Virus record (IMG/VR): IMGVR_UViG_3300045988_119573
Location: 82,089 to 146,088 of that record
Length of the DNA: 64,000 bases
Strand: one strand, 5' to 3'
DNA from: a virus
The position numbers and the translations under genes are program-made. Shown here one piece after another: positions 20,019-30,780 of the stretch (position 1 is its first letter; every line of letters begins with the position of its first letter). The notes beneath the pieces are model-generated. The model was not told where the DNA came from. It did no database searches and saw only the letters and a program-made list of their open reading frames with translations.

Positions 20019-21634
20019 CCCACCTCTTCAAGTGAATCACACACAGCTTTCAGCACAAACTTTCTTCCAAAGAATCCGCAATCAAGTGTAGTAACTGCAC
20101 AAAACTCATCATTCATCATAGAATGGTCTTCCATATCCTCAAACGATCCATCATAGTTCCATTTAATGATCCACAATTTATCATTGTTACATGGTTTCAG
20201 GACAAGATGTTTATAATTGCTCATCTGACCAATGTCATAGTCGTCAATCTCTTCAATATAAACTCTTACAGGTTTAAATCCTTGTCCAGAAATACGATCA
20301 ATTTTCTTAATCATGTCAACCATTTTTCTTGTGATGTCTGAAATATCAAGCATAATATCGACATCAACTGTTGTATCTTCTGGCTTATCTGGAAGAGTTT
20401 CTTCTATATAAGAGGTGAACTCAGCAAAGTTCTTTCTAGGAATTTCAATACCACTGGCAAGTTCATGTCCATTTGCTTCAGCCAACTGACTGTTATTACA
20501 CATCTGTCGGAAGTCTTTTACACCAACTGCTCGCATAGATCCTGCATATGTATCTTCATTTTTCTTTAGCACAAGAATCGGCTTCTGGTATTTTTCAAGC
20601 AATTTGTTTCCAATTAACCCAGAAATACCATAATCAGTGTCGATAAAAGTTGTGATCATCTTTTTATCACTCTGAGCTTCACACTGTTCCGCAATCATTG
20701 GCATCAGCTGTGCGACCTCTTCATTTTGGTCTTCTTTGCATTGCTTTAATTGTTTAATATATCCTCGTAACTTTTTATTGTCATCTTCAAGGAAAGCATT
20801 TAGAGCAATTTCATTCTGATCCATTCTGTTTGCAGCATTAACCAACGGTGCAATACTAAAAGCAACTGCTGTGCTGTTAAATTCAAATCCACCAATAATC
20901 TTCTTAATCGCAGGATTTCTAATTTCTTTCAAAGCTTCGGATACAATGTAACGATTCTCCATTACTCTCATATCCATCATATCTGCAATCAGCCCAACGC
21001 CTGCTAGATCGACCAAATCATCTGCATAATCTGTACCATTCTGCTCATCAATATACTTGCAAAACTTCCAAACAACACCTGCGCCAGATAGCTGTGGATT
21101 TTCATATTCTCTCTGAGAAGAAACTAATGTGCAATAGTTGTCATAAGGAACATCTGGATCGATGGCATGGTGGTCTAACACAATCACATCAACTCCTGTT
21201 TCTTTTAAATCCTTATACTGAGTCTCGTCTTTATCCAAACTATCAACAACAATCAGTAAATCATACCCATAAAACTTAGCAATGTCCTGATTTGCTAATC
21301 CATGCTGTTTGCCTCGGTTAATGTATACATCTACTGGATTTTCTGCCATGTTTTTTAAATATCGTGTCATAATGACACCAGATGTGATGCCGTCAGTATC
21401 TGTATCAAAATGTACTGCAATACGTTTCTCTTCATTCACCGCACTCATCACGAGTCCGTATGCTTTATCAGTATTTTTTAAGTCATCAAGAGGAAGTAAA
21501 TCATCTTCCGTAGGATTTAGAAAATGCTCTGGATCGTCAATACCACGCTCCTGCATGATAATTTCAAATACCTCATCTTCAAAAAGTCCTCTGCAATCGT
21601 TCAAAATGTTATATTTCTTCTTCGACGTCTTCAT
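20015..21634 (-). CDS. recJ: RecJ-like single-stranded-DNA exonuclease (DHH/DHHA1)
   Basis: HFDTDTDGITSG (motif I/II), VIVLDHH (DHH), DHHA1-like ANGHELASG; 539 aa. Confidence 0.7.
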   Translation of the reverse strand: MKTSKKKYNILNDCRGLFEDEVFEIIMQERGIDDPEHFLNPTEDDLLPLDDLKNTDKAYGLVMSAVNEEKRIAVHFDTDTDGITSGVIMTRYLKNMAENPVDVYINRGKQHGLANQDIAKFYGYDLLIVVDSLDKDETQYKDLKETGVDVIVLDHHAIDPDVPYDNYCTLVSSQREYENPQLSGAGVVWKFCKYIDEQNGTDYADDLVDLAGVGLIADMMDMRVMENRYIVSEALKEIRNPAIKKIIGGFEFNSTAVAFSIAPLVNAANRMDQNEIALNAFLEDDNKKLRGYIKQLKQCKEDQNEEVAQLMPMIAEQCEAQSDKKMITTFIDTDYGISGLIGNKLLEKYQKPILVLKKNEDTYAGSMRAVGVKDFRQMCNNSQLAEANGHELASGIEIPRKNFAEFTSYIEETLPDKPEDTTVDVDIMLDISDITRKMVDMIKKIDRISGQGFKPVRVYIEEIDDYDIGQMSNYKHLVLKPCNNDKLWIIKWNYDGSFEDMEDHSMMNDEFCAVTTLDCGFFGRKFVLKAVCDSLEEVG

Positions 21635-22637
21635 CCCCTATCATTTTTATTTCGTTTTCTAATATGTAATTTAACTTTTCTTTTCCCATATCGGACGGTG
21701 ATACCTTATTGGAATACTCACTTAATTTAAAGTCCCAGTATCCTAACTCAATCTCAGCAAATCTTGAATATCCTTTTACCATGTCAATATTTCTCATGAT
21801 ATTCTTAATATCATAGCCAACGTCATGCATAAATATTACTTTTTTAGGATTTAATTCCAATAATAATTGCACCTGTTTCTTGCTGATTGTTCCACTGCCA
21901 AGTGCCACACAGTTTTTAATTCCATATGTAAAACACTGCATTACAGATTTCTCTGCCTCAAATATCAACACAACACCGTTGGCTAAATACTGATAATTCT
22001 GAGAATATCCATATAATGTTTGAGACATTTGACACGGAACATCGTAGAAATATTTCATTTCACCATCTTCAACGTCATAGTTAAATCTTTCTTTTACGCC
22101 AATTAGTTGTCCTAATTGATTTCTAATCGGAATTGCGATCCCTTGAGATGATGTATCAAACCGAATGCCAAAAGTTCTTTGTGCTTCAAGTGATATATTA
22201 TCTTTAAGGAATCTTAAATTTCCTACATTATTGTATTTATCTAATATAGATTCATCATAAGTTTGGATTCGAACTACATTGTGATTTCTAATCCTTTCAT
22301 AAAATCCGCCAAAAATACCTTGTCTATCAAAGAAATCATAGTAATCAGTAATCCCTAAGATGTTTTTAACAACTCCTAAAACCTCTGCAAAATCAACTCC
22401 ACGTTGCTGCATAATATATGAGAACAAATCTTTTTGGATTGCTCTAGCATAATCATGCACAAACAACGCTTTGTTATTCTTCAGATTGATTACTATGGAC
22501 TTCTTTGAAGAGACCTCATCTCGACCAAATGACATATATGTGTTTCTGATCACTACATGACAATAATCAAAATGCTCCAAGACTTCTCTTATTTTTTCAG
22601 GATTAGACAATAGTTCTTTTTTTATATTGTCTAACAT
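21609..22637 (-). CDS. DNA primase (Toprim domain)
   Basis: Toprim-like VVLIFEAEKSV...VALGSG...HDVGYD acidic motifs; located between recJ and dnaB. Confidence 0.55.
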   Translation of the reverse strand: MLDNIKKELLSNPEKIREVLEHFDYCHVVIRNTYMSFGRDEVSSKKSIVINLKNNKALFVHDYARAIQKDLFSYIMQQRGVDFAEVLGVVKNILGITDYYDFFDRQGIFGGFYERIRNHNVVRIQTYDESILDKYNNVGNLRFLKDNISLEAQRTFGIRFDTSSQGIAIPIRNQLGQLIGVKERFNYDVEDGEMKYFYDVPCQMSQTLYGYSQNYQYLANGVVLIFEAEKSVMQCFTYGIKNCVALGSGTISKKQVQLLLELNPKKVIFMHDVGYDIKNIMRNIDMVKGYSRFAEIELGYWDFKLSEYSNKVSPSDMGKEKLNYILENEIKMIGDEDVEEEI

Positions 22638-22658
22638 ATATCACACCGCACATTTTAA

Positions 22659-24149
22659 TTATTTGATTTCTCCATGTTTAAATCTTGCCTGCGCAACCTC
22701 TCTAAAGATACAATGATCACCATCGAATTTAAGTAGATAACCAACTCCTGTATCTGATGAGTTTGAACCGCTTCGACATTTCTCAACAAATAAAGCTCTC
22801 CACACCGCAGTACGATCAGGATGATATTCTTCCTCAATCCATTTATCATTAACTTTTTTTAGCCTAAATGGACGACAATAGAATTTACTCTTTTCATCAA
22901 GTTCTTCGTCATAGACAGTCCTCATCAAGAAAAGATTCTCTAATACTTCTTTGATCTGTTTAGAGTTTGAAAGAACAGAGCTATCAAGAAATAGCCTTCC
23001 TCTCATATACTCTGCTAACTGCACAGATGCCAGCATGATAATGTTGTATTTTTTTGCAAGTTTATCTAACTCTCGACTATCATGAACCAAAGATAAGTCA
23101 GTACGATTGCCTTTAAAATCTCCTTCTTGAATCTTAAAAGTGTCATACAACACTGTGTCATATCCATAGCGAAGTACATGCTCTCTGATTTTCTTTTTAA
23201 CAACAGTCATGTCAGCATCATTGATAAGTAAGAATTTTACCCTGCCTTTATACTGTTCTCGCCATAACTGTTGCACGTCTTTTAGTTCTCTTCGGCTTGC
23301 ATCATCAATCTGTCCAGACATCATTTTCTTTTTTGTCAACTTAAAATAACGATTATGCTTCGCCAAAAGCCAAATCATAAACTTGACTTTAAATTTCTTT
23401 ACTTTTTCTTCGTTTGAAATGATCAATACTTTCCTATCATAATTCAGCAATGCCATAAGCAAAGTGATAAACCATGTTGATTTACCTGCACTACTGAATC
23501 CACCCATCATAGTGAGCGTTCCCTCAAGAATACCCATGATCTGTCTGGATAAGAACGGAAAGCAGTTCATTTCTTCACCATTAATATCAATCCCTGCCAC
23601 ATCAAATGGAACTCCATTTTCTTCACCTTCCACGCAGGAATCAATAAAATCATCATCAAAATCAATTTCTTCTTCTTCCAGAATCTTACTGGAATATCCC
23701 GTACCATATGTACTTAGTCTTGCATCATACCAATCCGTAACTTCCTCGGCAGTCATTCTTCTGAAAAGTGTGACTGGTACGATTTTCTTGCCGTCAATGT
23801 CTATTTCTTTGAACAGGTTAAATCCATCATCATACATCTTCAGCATAGTGTTTTCTCTATACAGAATGTCGATATACACATCAAAATTCTGCGTATTGAT
23901 AATATCTATCTGATGTTGAATAGAATCCCATCCTCCCATGTCAGTGTATCTTTTTATAGCGTTCTCAGACAGGTTGGATAAAATCGTGATTTCATCCAGA
24001 GAATAGAAGCCCTGTTCACGTAATTTTTTGAGCATAGAAAAGTAAAAAAGCCCATCTTTTGTAATGAAATCGTGCTGTTCGAATGTTGTATCATCCAAAA
24101 GCAACATATCTTTAAAAAAACAACTGATTACATTTCCCTCTGCCTCCAT
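22659..24149 (-). CDS. dnaB: Replicative DNA helicase (DnaB family)
   Basis: Walker A MMGGFSSAGKSTW, RecA-like C-terminal domain, ~496 aa. Confidence 0.8.
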   Translation of the reverse strand: MEAEGNVISCFFKDMLLLDDTTFEQHDFITKDGLFYFSMLKKLREQGFYSLDEITILSNLSENAIKRYTDMGGWDSIQHQIDIINTQNFDVYIDILYRENTMLKMYDDGFNLFKEIDIDGKKIVPVTLFRRMTAEEVTDWYDARLSTYGTGYSSKILEEEEIDFDDDFIDSCVEGEENGVPFDVAGIDINGEEMNCFPFLSRQIMGILEGTLTMMGGFSSAGKSTWFITLLMALLNYDRKVLIISNEEKVKKFKVKFMIWLLAKHNRYFKLTKKKMMSGQIDDASRRELKDVQQLWREQYKGRVKFLLINDADMTVVKKKIREHVLRYGYDTVLYDTFKIQEGDFKGNRTDLSLVHDSRELDKLAKKYNIIMLASVQLAEYMRGRLFLDSSVLSNSKQIKEVLENLFLMRTVYDEELDEKSKFYCRPFRLKKVNDKWIEEEYHPDRTAVWRALFVEKCRSGSNSSDTGVGYLLKFDGDHCIFREVAQARFKHGEIK

Positions 24150-24205
24150 ACGACCTTTTAATAATTTTGACGGATATTTGTCTTTAACTCCTGCAACAAA
24201 ATCTG

Positions 24206-24742
24206 CTATTCTTTCTCACCGACTTCCGTCAAAATATCGTCAATACATCTACGAGATTTCTTTTTCTTTTTGTATTTAGTTTTTTCGGCTCCGATATTTT
24301 CATTGATCTGTTTGTTTACATCATGGTACTTAACTGTAGCTTGTTTTCTCTGCGGAATCTTTTCGTCAGAATCCATATAATCAACCAGACTATTTTTTAA
24401 AATTGCTGAAAAGTATTTAATCTTAGCAAACTCGCTATTATATTCTCTCCCAACAATTCTTGTTAAATATTCTTGATTGTCATGCAAGTATTCTAATATC
24501 AATTTAAATCCGTAGATTTTGCCAAGGGTATTTACTTCCTTATTTAATACTGTATTCGTCACCGTATATCCGAAAATATCATAAATACAATAATATGTAT
24601 CATTCCTATTTTTGCGGTTTTCCATCATTTTGTTATACTCAGCTTCTGAGCAGTAGTAGGCATTTGGTTTACCTTCTACTGCTACTTTAAAAGCTTCGTT
24701 TCTGTCTACTTTTTTGCCGCAAATTCTACATTTTACAAGCAT
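24206..24742 (-). CDS. Hypothetical zinc-ribbon protein
   Basis: N-terminal CRICGKK...C motif; basic C-terminus. Confidence 0.4.
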   Translation of the reverse strand: MLVKCRICGKKVDRNEAFKVAVEGKPNAYYCSEAEYNKMMENRKNRNDTYYCIYDIFGYTVTNTVLNKEVNTLGKIYGFKLILEYLHDNQEYLTRIVGREYNSEFAKIKYFSAILKNSLVDYMDSDEKIPQRKQATVKYHDVNKQINENIGAEKTKYKKKKKSRRCIDDILTEVGEKE

Positions 24743-24753
24743 TATTTAAACTC

Positions 24754-26004
24754 CTATTTCAACAGATCATATATTTCTTTTAATCCATCTTCATCGACTT
24801 CACTAAGTTTTCCATACTGTTTAATGATGCCTTTAACTTTTGTTTTTAAATCTGCGTCTCCACAAGTTTTGTATAATTCTTTTACATGTTCTCTTAAATC
24901 TTCTGGGTAATCATCTGATACGTCTTCATCAATGGCATCTTCCATTAAATCTTCGTCAGCTTCTGTAACATCGTCTTCAATAACATCATCGATGTCTTCC
25001 TCGATCTCATCTTCTGGCTCTGGCTGAGGAGTTGGCTTTTTAGTTTTTTTAGAAAGAACTGTTTTAGATTTCTCCATTCCGTCTTCTACCACTTCAATGA
25101 AATCTTCTCCCATATTTCCTTTGTCAAATACCATATATTCAGGAACTGCATCAGAAGCAAATCTACCACCAGCGTCAATTAATGTTGTTCCACGGAAATA
25201 AAGTTTTCTAATTTCATCTGTAGCATATCTCTTAGCTTTATCACCTTCACCTCTGACTTCAACATTTCTGTCAATTACACCAGTGAAAGTTACATCAAAG
25301 ATATCACCAAAAGCAGATTCATAAGCACTTACAAGATTGGATGTTAACTGCTGGTATCCGTCTTCTTCTAAGCCACCTTTTTCTCTGATAGTTTTGAATT
25401 TTGTATGAGCAATTCCCCAAACACCGATGCCAGCATCTTCAATATCACCCATATAAGCTTTGATCATATCAGCTGTGTATCTCTGTCCTGCCTGATAACC
25501 ACCCATTGCAGCGTTGATAGTTTTGCATTTTTTCTGTCCTTCTTTATTGCTGATTCTGATTGTTTCTTCTTCAAACAGTGGGCAAATTTCATCAACTGTA
25601 TCAAAGCAAACCATCTGAATATTGTGTTTTACTGAGATGTATTCTGGTTTTCTCTTTTCATTGCGAACAATCTTGCCAGATTTATCTCTTTTAAATACCC
25701 TTTTGTTAATTAAGTATTCTTTAAGTTCGATCGCATCTTCATAAGATGTAATACGCAGAGTGTTGATGTTATCTAACATCTTTGTTCCTTTTTCAAATCC
25801 ACACTGTACGAGAAGTCCACATGACGGATCTCCATATTTTGCAATAATTACATCTCTGAATAATGTAGTCTTTCCAAACTTTTTAATTGATCTAAGATAG
25901 ATTGACAGGTTTTTAATATCTGGTTTAATTTCGTTAATTACTGGTAATTCCATATGTATAATTTCTCCTTTTAAAGACAGTATTTTGTTTTTATAAATCA
26001 TCAA
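24754..26004 (-). CDS. Putative P-loop ATPase (Sak4/AAA_24-like or helicase-loader-like) with acidic C-terminus
   Basis: Degenerate Walker A SIKKFGKTTLF; in the replication module between dnaB and the SSB-like gene. An alternative start MELPV at 25953 has an AAAGGAG RBS. Confidence 0.35.
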   Translation of the reverse strand: MMIYKNKILSLKGEIIHMELPVINEIKPDIKNLSIYLRSIKKFGKTTLFRDVIIAKYGDPSCGLLVQCGFEKGTKMLDNINTLRITSYEDAIELKEYLINKRVFKRDKSGKIVRNEKRKPEYISVKHNIQMVCFDTVDEICPLFEEETIRISNKEGQKKCKTINAAMGGYQAGQRYTADMIKAYMGDIEDAGIGVWGIAHTKFKTIREKGGLEEDGYQQLTSNLVSAYESAFGDIFDVTFTGVIDRNVEVRGEGDKAKRYATDEIRKLYFRGTTLIDAGGRFASDAVPEYMVFDKGNMGEDFIEVVEDGMEKSKTVLSKKTKKPTPQPEPEDEIEEDIDDVIEDDVTEADEDLMEDAIDEDVSDDYPEDLREHVKELYKTCGDADLKTKVKGIIKQYGKLSEVDEDGLKEIYDLLK

Positions 26005-26032
26005 GCGAGTAAAGAGCTAAAAGCTCTAAACT

Positions 26033-27277
26033 CTAATCGAATAAGTCATCGTCGTCATCATTATCGTTATCGATTGATTCTTCTGAGAATAAATCTTCGT
26101 TCTCGTCAATCTCTAATGCAGGTACTTCCATATCTTCTGCTGTATAAACCGTGTCCTGAACGCCCTCTTTAATACCGTTGCGTGATGGTTTAATTAACTG
26201 ATACTCTTTGACTTTATCTCCATAAGCACTTCCGCCAATCGCCTTTTGAATCTCTTCCATAGTAATGATTCCACATTCAAGATCATCTCTCTGTTCTTCT
26301 GAGAGCATGTCCTCTGTAAGTTCTACACGCTGAGAACCATTGATCATATCTACGACAATGCCGTATTCCATGTATTTGTCTTCATCGTCGACAATGAATT
26401 TTCTCTTTAAGCCATTAGCCTTCTTGTATCCGCTTTCGTCTTTTTCTTTATCAGGAACTGGAATAACAACTGTTGTTGGAACGGCTAATTTTTTCTTTCT
26501 GCTCTGGATGTATTCAAAGACAAATCCATTAACGTAATATTTACCGTCTTCCTCAACACTTGTTTCGTCTAAGCTCTCAACTCCAAATACAAAACTCATT
26601 GTTGCTGTAGAATATGGTTCATCATCATCTGCTGCGAGATAAATTCTGTTAGGAATTAGATTCTCATAAAATCTTTCTTTGTCATCAGAATATGAATAAT
26701 CTCCACGTCCTCTGATATGGAAATTGCAATCATCATATTTGCCACTATCAATGACTTTTTTGATAAATTCTGCGTAATCCCATTCAGAGATAAACTCATG
26801 ATGTCTCTTTTTGCTCTTTTCGTACTCTTTTTCAAGCTCATCTACGGACGTTAATCCAACTTCAGCAAGATCTTTATCCGTAATATCTTTACCTTCTTTG
26901 ATTTTTTCTAAGGCATTTTTTAATTTGTATCTTCTTCCTGGTTTTTCTAGGTCAAAAACAAATTTTCTGAAATCTGATACTTCTTCCAGTTTTGGAGATG
27001 TTAATCTGTCTTTAAAAGGAATCTGAATTTTTTCTCCATCTTTGATTTTCTTACCACTTGAGTCGTATTCTGGTTTGGAATATGTATAGACATCACCGTG
27101 TCCATCTTCGAAACTTCCTGCATCAACAGTTAACATATGTCTACTGTCACCGCATGTCACATTAAATAACAGTCTTCTTCGTACCCAGCCTGACTTTTCA
27201 TATTTTGTCTCACTGTAAGGGTGAAATTTTTCTGTGTCCTTGCTAATGCTGAGCTTCCCTGTCATTTCAAAATTCAT
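26033..27277 (-). CDS. Putative single-stranded DNA-binding protein (gp2.5-like) with acidic C-terminal tail
   Basis: C-terminus ...NDNDDDDDLFD (acidic tail ending in aromatic/acid, as in T7 gp2.5 and bacterial SSB); strong RBS AAGAGGAGG; replication-module context. Confidence 0.35.
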   Translation of the reverse strand: MNFEMTGKLSISKDTEKFHPYSETKYEKSGWVRRRLLFNVTCGDSRHMLTVDAGSFEDGHGDVYTYSKPEYDSSGKKIKDGEKIQIPFKDRLTSPKLEEVSDFRKFVFDLEKPGRRYKLKNALEKIKEGKDITDKDLAEVGLTSVDELEKEYEKSKKRHHEFISEWDYAEFIKKVIDSGKYDDCNFHIRGRGDYSYSDDKERFYENLIPNRIYLAADDDEPYSTATMSFVFGVESLDETSVEEDGKYYVNGFVFEYIQSRKKKLAVPTTVVIPVPDKEKDESGYKKANGLKRKFIVDDEDKYMEYGIVVDMINGSQRVELTEDMLSEEQRDDLECGIITMEEIQKAIGGSAYGDKVKEYQLIKPSRNGIKEGVQDTVYTAEDMEVPALEIDENEDLFSEESIDNDNDDDDDLFD

Positions 27278-27452
27278 TAAATAGAATTCCTCCTCTTGTT
27301 ATTAAATTTGTTTAGTTAGTTTTTAGTTTGTAAATAAGTCATCAATTTATATCCACTGTCAACTCTGCCAAAGTCAACAGGAACAAAAAATAATTTTATC
27401 TGATCGGCTTATATTGTTATAATCGTTCTATTACGTTTATAACAAATGCGTC

Positions 27453-27491
27453 AAAAAAATAATAAAAGTTGTTTGCGTTATTCAACTTTTA
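27453..27491 (-). terminator. Rho-independent terminator after the sigma factor gene
   Basis: Minus strand AAAAGTTG-AATAACGCAAA-CAACTTTT followed by ATTATTTTTTT. Confidence 0.5.
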
Positions 27492-28031
27492 TAATCTGGA
27501 AAATGTTGTTGATCGCATTTTTTTAATCTTTTGTTGTATCGCTTGAAATGATGTACCAAACATTTTTGCAATTTCTTGATATGTATAACCTTTTGATTTT
27601 AAATCAACAATCATTCTGTCCTTATTATTTAGTGTGTAACATTTATCTTGAAAATTCAACTTGAAAATAATATTTTTTTCAAAATTTTCTTCATCCTTTA
27701 AAAGAAATGAATTTTCATTTTTGTCTTCATCCCAATCATCTAACATATGATTATATGAAATAGTATTCATATCGCCCTTTCTTTTCTGCCGAAATCTGTA
27801 TTTGTTATATACCGTTATTTCATTTTGTATACATAAATACGCATATGTCGAAAATGATTTAGATCGTGTTTTATCATAATCAATTGCTGCCTTACACAAC
27901 CCAATAGCAGCGAATCCATAATAGTCATCAAAATCTTGTCTGCGGATACCGCATTTTGTCATAGCAGAGTAAATCAAATTATGATTTTGTTCCACTAATT
28001 TTCTCTGTTCGTCATTTAATTTCAACGACAT
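27489..28031 (-). CDS. Phage RNA polymerase sigma factor (sigma-70 family, regions 2 and 4)
   Basis: Region 2-like DDYYGFAAIGLCKAAIDYD and C-terminal region-4 HTH YTYQEIAKMFGTSFQAIQQKIKK. Confidence 0.7.
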   Translation of the reverse strand: MSLKLNDEQRKLVEQNHNLIYSAMTKCGIRRQDFDDYYGFAAIGLCKAAIDYDKTRSKSFSTYAYLCIQNEITVYNKYRFRQKRKGDMNTISYNHMLDDWDEDKNENSFLLKDEENFEKNIIFKLNFQDKCYTLNNKDRMIVDLKSKGYTYQEIAKMFGTSFQAIQQKIKKMRSTTFSRL

Positions 28032-28062
28032 TTTCTCCTTTATTTACTTGTGTTTATGTAAT

Positions 28063-28335
28063 TTATCCTTTGTAAAAAGGTTCCCATTGTTTAGGTGGAA
28101 GTGGATTTAATGCCCATTTTCCAGGACAACCGCATGATACAATTCGACATATTTGTTTTGCTCCTCCATCTTGTAATTCTAAAAATGGACATTCCACTTT
28201 ACACCCACAAACTCTTTTGTTAAGTATACAAATATCTTGAATTGTTTTTAATGCAACTGCAACCGCTTCATCTGTATACTCTCCATAATTTTTCTCATCC
28301 ATATAAACACCTCCTACTTTCCAAATGCTCGCCAC
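28063..28335 (-). CDS. Cys-rich small protein (paralog A)
   Basis: CGCKVECP...CRIVSCGCPGKW; C-terminus ...KQWEPFYKG resembles the neighbouring paralog. Confidence 0.4.
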   Translation of the reverse strand: MASIWKVGGVYMDEKNYGEYTDEAVAVALKTIQDICILNKRVCGCKVECPFLELQDGGAKQICRIVSCGCPGKWALNPLPPKQWEPFYKG

Positions 28336-28613
28336 GTAGTATCTGGATCATCATCAATCTTCCAAATATAAGGATCAGAATCTCTAATCGTGCAACTTGG
28401 CGTCCTCCCTGTCATTGTACATAATGGGCATTTTTTGCAATCTTCATCATTGCCATGAAGATAATACTCACATGTATCCTGAATTACATGCAATGCATTT
28501 AGAATCTCTTCAGGCGTATGTAATTTACTTTTCTTTTCTTTCTCCATTATATTTCTCCTTGATTGCATCAATTGCAAACTGCAACGCCTCATCTTGAATT
28601 GTTGTATAATCAT
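28314..28613 (-). CDS. Cys-rich small protein (paralog B)
   Basis: CEYYLHGNDEDCKKCPLCTMTGRTPSC...TTWRAFGK; shares the Cys pattern and C-terminal W..F.K with 28063..28335. Confidence 0.4.
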   Translation of the reverse strand: MIIQQFKMRRCSLQLMQSRRNIMEKEKKSKLHTPEEILNALHVIQDTCEYYLHGNDEDCKKCPLCTMTGRTPSCTIRDSDPYIWKIDDDPDTTWRAFGK

Positions 28614-29034
28614 TTACGGAAATCATATCATTTAATACATGGATGTACTGTGCCGCATTGGTTTTGGTAGATAGTAGCTTTTCAGAATCTCGATTCTCTA
28701 TGTCGTTCACAGTCAATGTATCGCACGCATTAAGACACGAATCCACCAATTCGTTCCATAACGACAAAACAAAATATCTCGCTGCAATCGGATGACGTTT
28801 TAGTTCATCAACTAGCGGTTTCGTCAGTTGAAACGTATCAAGAAAACTACATATATTATAATATTTTCGAAGTATATGATCTTGCTTATTTGATGATTCA
28901 ACCTCGCCTATTGAAAGTGCTAAACTATTTCTTAATTCTTCTAACTGCCCGTATGTAAATACTTTATTATTTTCTTTTTTCACTCTGTCTTTCCCATTCC
29001 TTTCTCCAATAATCATCTTCTTTGATATTGCCAA
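28525..29034 (-). CDS. Hypothetical protein
   Basis: 169-aa ORF. Confidence 0.4.
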   Translation of the reverse strand: MAISKKMIIGERNGKDRVKKENNKVFTYGQLEELRNSLALSIGEVESSNKQDHILRKYYNICSFLDTFQLTKPLVDELKRHPIAARYFVLSLWNELVDSCLNACDTLTVNDIENRDSEKLLSTKTNAAQYIHVLNDMISVNDYTTIQDEALQFAIDAIKEKYNGERKEK

Positions 29035-29608
29035 GTTTCACATATTGATCTGGTTTAATTTCTCCTAAATCAATCATATCAGAACCATAAACAGATAACA
29101 TCTGCCACGCCAAATCTTCATCATTATAAATAATCAAATATACGTCTTCGTCATCATCAACCAATTGTACAACATCATATTCGAATTCATTTTCTCTGCC
29201 AGTTGATTGACAAATGGTATCTTCTTTTACTTGACACCCATACATACCACTATGGTCTGCTGGTTCACATCTTGGGAATAATAACCATCCTTTACCGATG
29301 TATGTCCCAGTAATCCACTTATTAGTATCATAATTCTGTGCCTTGCAGTATATACCACAATTTTGATAGGTTTGATTCATTGCTAAATTCCCCTTTCGCT
29401 CTTTTGTAATCCGATATACTCTGTCCATAGCTTCCATGTTATGATCATGTACCTCTGGAATAAAAATTTCCCTTCCACAAATCTTACAAATACCATATGT
29501 CTCTGCAAACGAAATTCTTTCACCTATCATTGGAACAATTGTAAACCTTGTTTCAAGTTCATAATCAACTAGCTTTCGACAATATGCGCACAAAAGTTTC
29601 TTCTCCAT
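28967..29608 (-). CDS. Hypothetical zinc-ribbon protein
   Basis: CAYCRK...CKICGRE motifs. Confidence 0.4.
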   Translation of the reverse strand: MEKKLLCAYCRKLVDYELETRFTIVPMIGERISFAETYGICKICGREIFIPEVHDHNMEAMDRVYRITKERKGNLAMNQTYQNCGIYCKAQNYDTNKWITGTYIGKGWLLFPRCEPADHSGMYGCQVKEDTICQSTGRENEFEYDVVQLVDDDEDVYLIIYNDEDLAWQMLSVYGSDMIDLGEIKPDQYVKLGNIKEDDYWRKEWERQSEKRK

Positions 29609-29613
29609 CTACA

Positions 29614-30000
29614 TTACTCTCCTAACTCAATCCCACAAATTTCTTTCGCCAGTTCTCTTACCGCAACACGTTCTTCACAAACACAATATCCATCATCTTC
29701 ATCAATTGTAAGATCATTATTGTACATGAATTTTAGTAACTCTTCTAAGGTATGAATATCTTTTTTGACTTCATTTACCTTGGCATAAAACTCTCGTTTT
29801 AAAACCGCTTTTATTTCTGATTCAGTGCGATATATTTCTTCTAAACGCATTAAATATGAACCATGTGTTATACTGTCTTGTATCATTATACATGTTAGAT
29901 TGCCAAGACATTGAATCTCCGTAATAATTCCATACTTAACAGTATATGGTTCACCGTACCAAGCAAAATACACCTTATCTCCAACATTAAAATCGCACAT
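29614..30000 (-). CDS. Hypothetical protein
   Basis: 128-aa ORF. Confidence 0.4.
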   Translation of the reverse strand: MCDFNVGDKVYFAWYGEPYTVKYGIITEIQCLGNLTCIMIQDSITHGSYLMRLEEIYRTESEIKAVLKREFYAKVNEVKKDIHTLEELLKFMYNNDLTIDEDDGYCVCEERVAVRELAKEICGIELGE

Positions 30001-30016
30001 TTTACATCACCTCTTT

Positions 30017-30250
30017 CTAGCACCAAGCCCATATAATTGTACCTATAGCACCAACAATATGTATAACACACCATATCTGAGAAAACATACTCAAGAATCT
30101 TCTATGAAACCCTTTTGGATATGATATATATAAATATTCATCTCTATTGTCATAAATCCAGTACCATATTCCAACATAAACGACACATGCTATGAAAATA
30201 CTTACTAATCGGATTATCAATTTTAAATCATTCATAATTACCTCTACCAT
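30017..30250 (-). CDS. Small membrane protein
   Basis: 77-aa ORF, two TM segments. Confidence 0.4.
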   Translation of the reverse strand: MVEVIMNDLKLIIRLVSIFIACVVYVGIWYWIYDNRDEYLYISYPKGFHRRFLSMFSQIWCVIHIVGAIGTIIWAWC

Positions 30251-30780
30251 TCATTAAGCTCAAGACCACATTCGTCTCTCTTAGCAAAATACTCAGATTC
30301 AACTTCATGGCGAACATCTTTATATAATTGATCATAATATGATTTCTGTAATTTGAAAAATGCAACCTTTAAATCATTTTCATAAAATTTACCCTGCTGT
30401 CCATTTTGAATTGTGCGATATTCAATTTCTGGATGGTTATATGAAACTGAAATAATTGATCCATTATCACCAATGCTCATATGAATTCCTCCATTGACAT
30501 CCGCCCGATATTTAACCCTGTGTCCGTCAATAAACCCATATGGATGCCACTCATAATCATCAGGAATAACAGTTGGTTCAATAACATCAAAATATTTCTC
30601 TAATTCATCTCCAGACATCACACCAAGATGCACTCCATTCGCACCAAATCTAAAATTGATAACATTTTCATCTGTATCAATCTTCACAATCTCACATACC
30701 TCTCCAAGATTATCGAAATATCCCATTGGCTTCTTTAATTTAATCTTATAATCTGTAGTTAATTCATTAATATTAATCAT
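30244..30780 (-). CDS. Hypothetical protein
   Basis: 178-aa ORF. Confidence 0.4.
   Translation of the reverse strand: MININELTTDYKIKLKKPMGYFDNLGEVCEIVKIDTDENVINFRFGANGVHLGVMSGDELEKYFDVIEPTVIPDDYEWHPYGFIDGHRVKYRADVNGGIHMSIGDNGSIISVSYNHPEIEYRTIQNGQQGKFYENDLKVAFFKLQKSYYDQLYKDVRHEVESEYFAKRDECGLELNEW

Noticed and set aside
22655-22849. 64-aa ORF in an alternative frame at the 3' end of dnaB
   Set aside because: Completely inside the well-supported DnaB-family ORF
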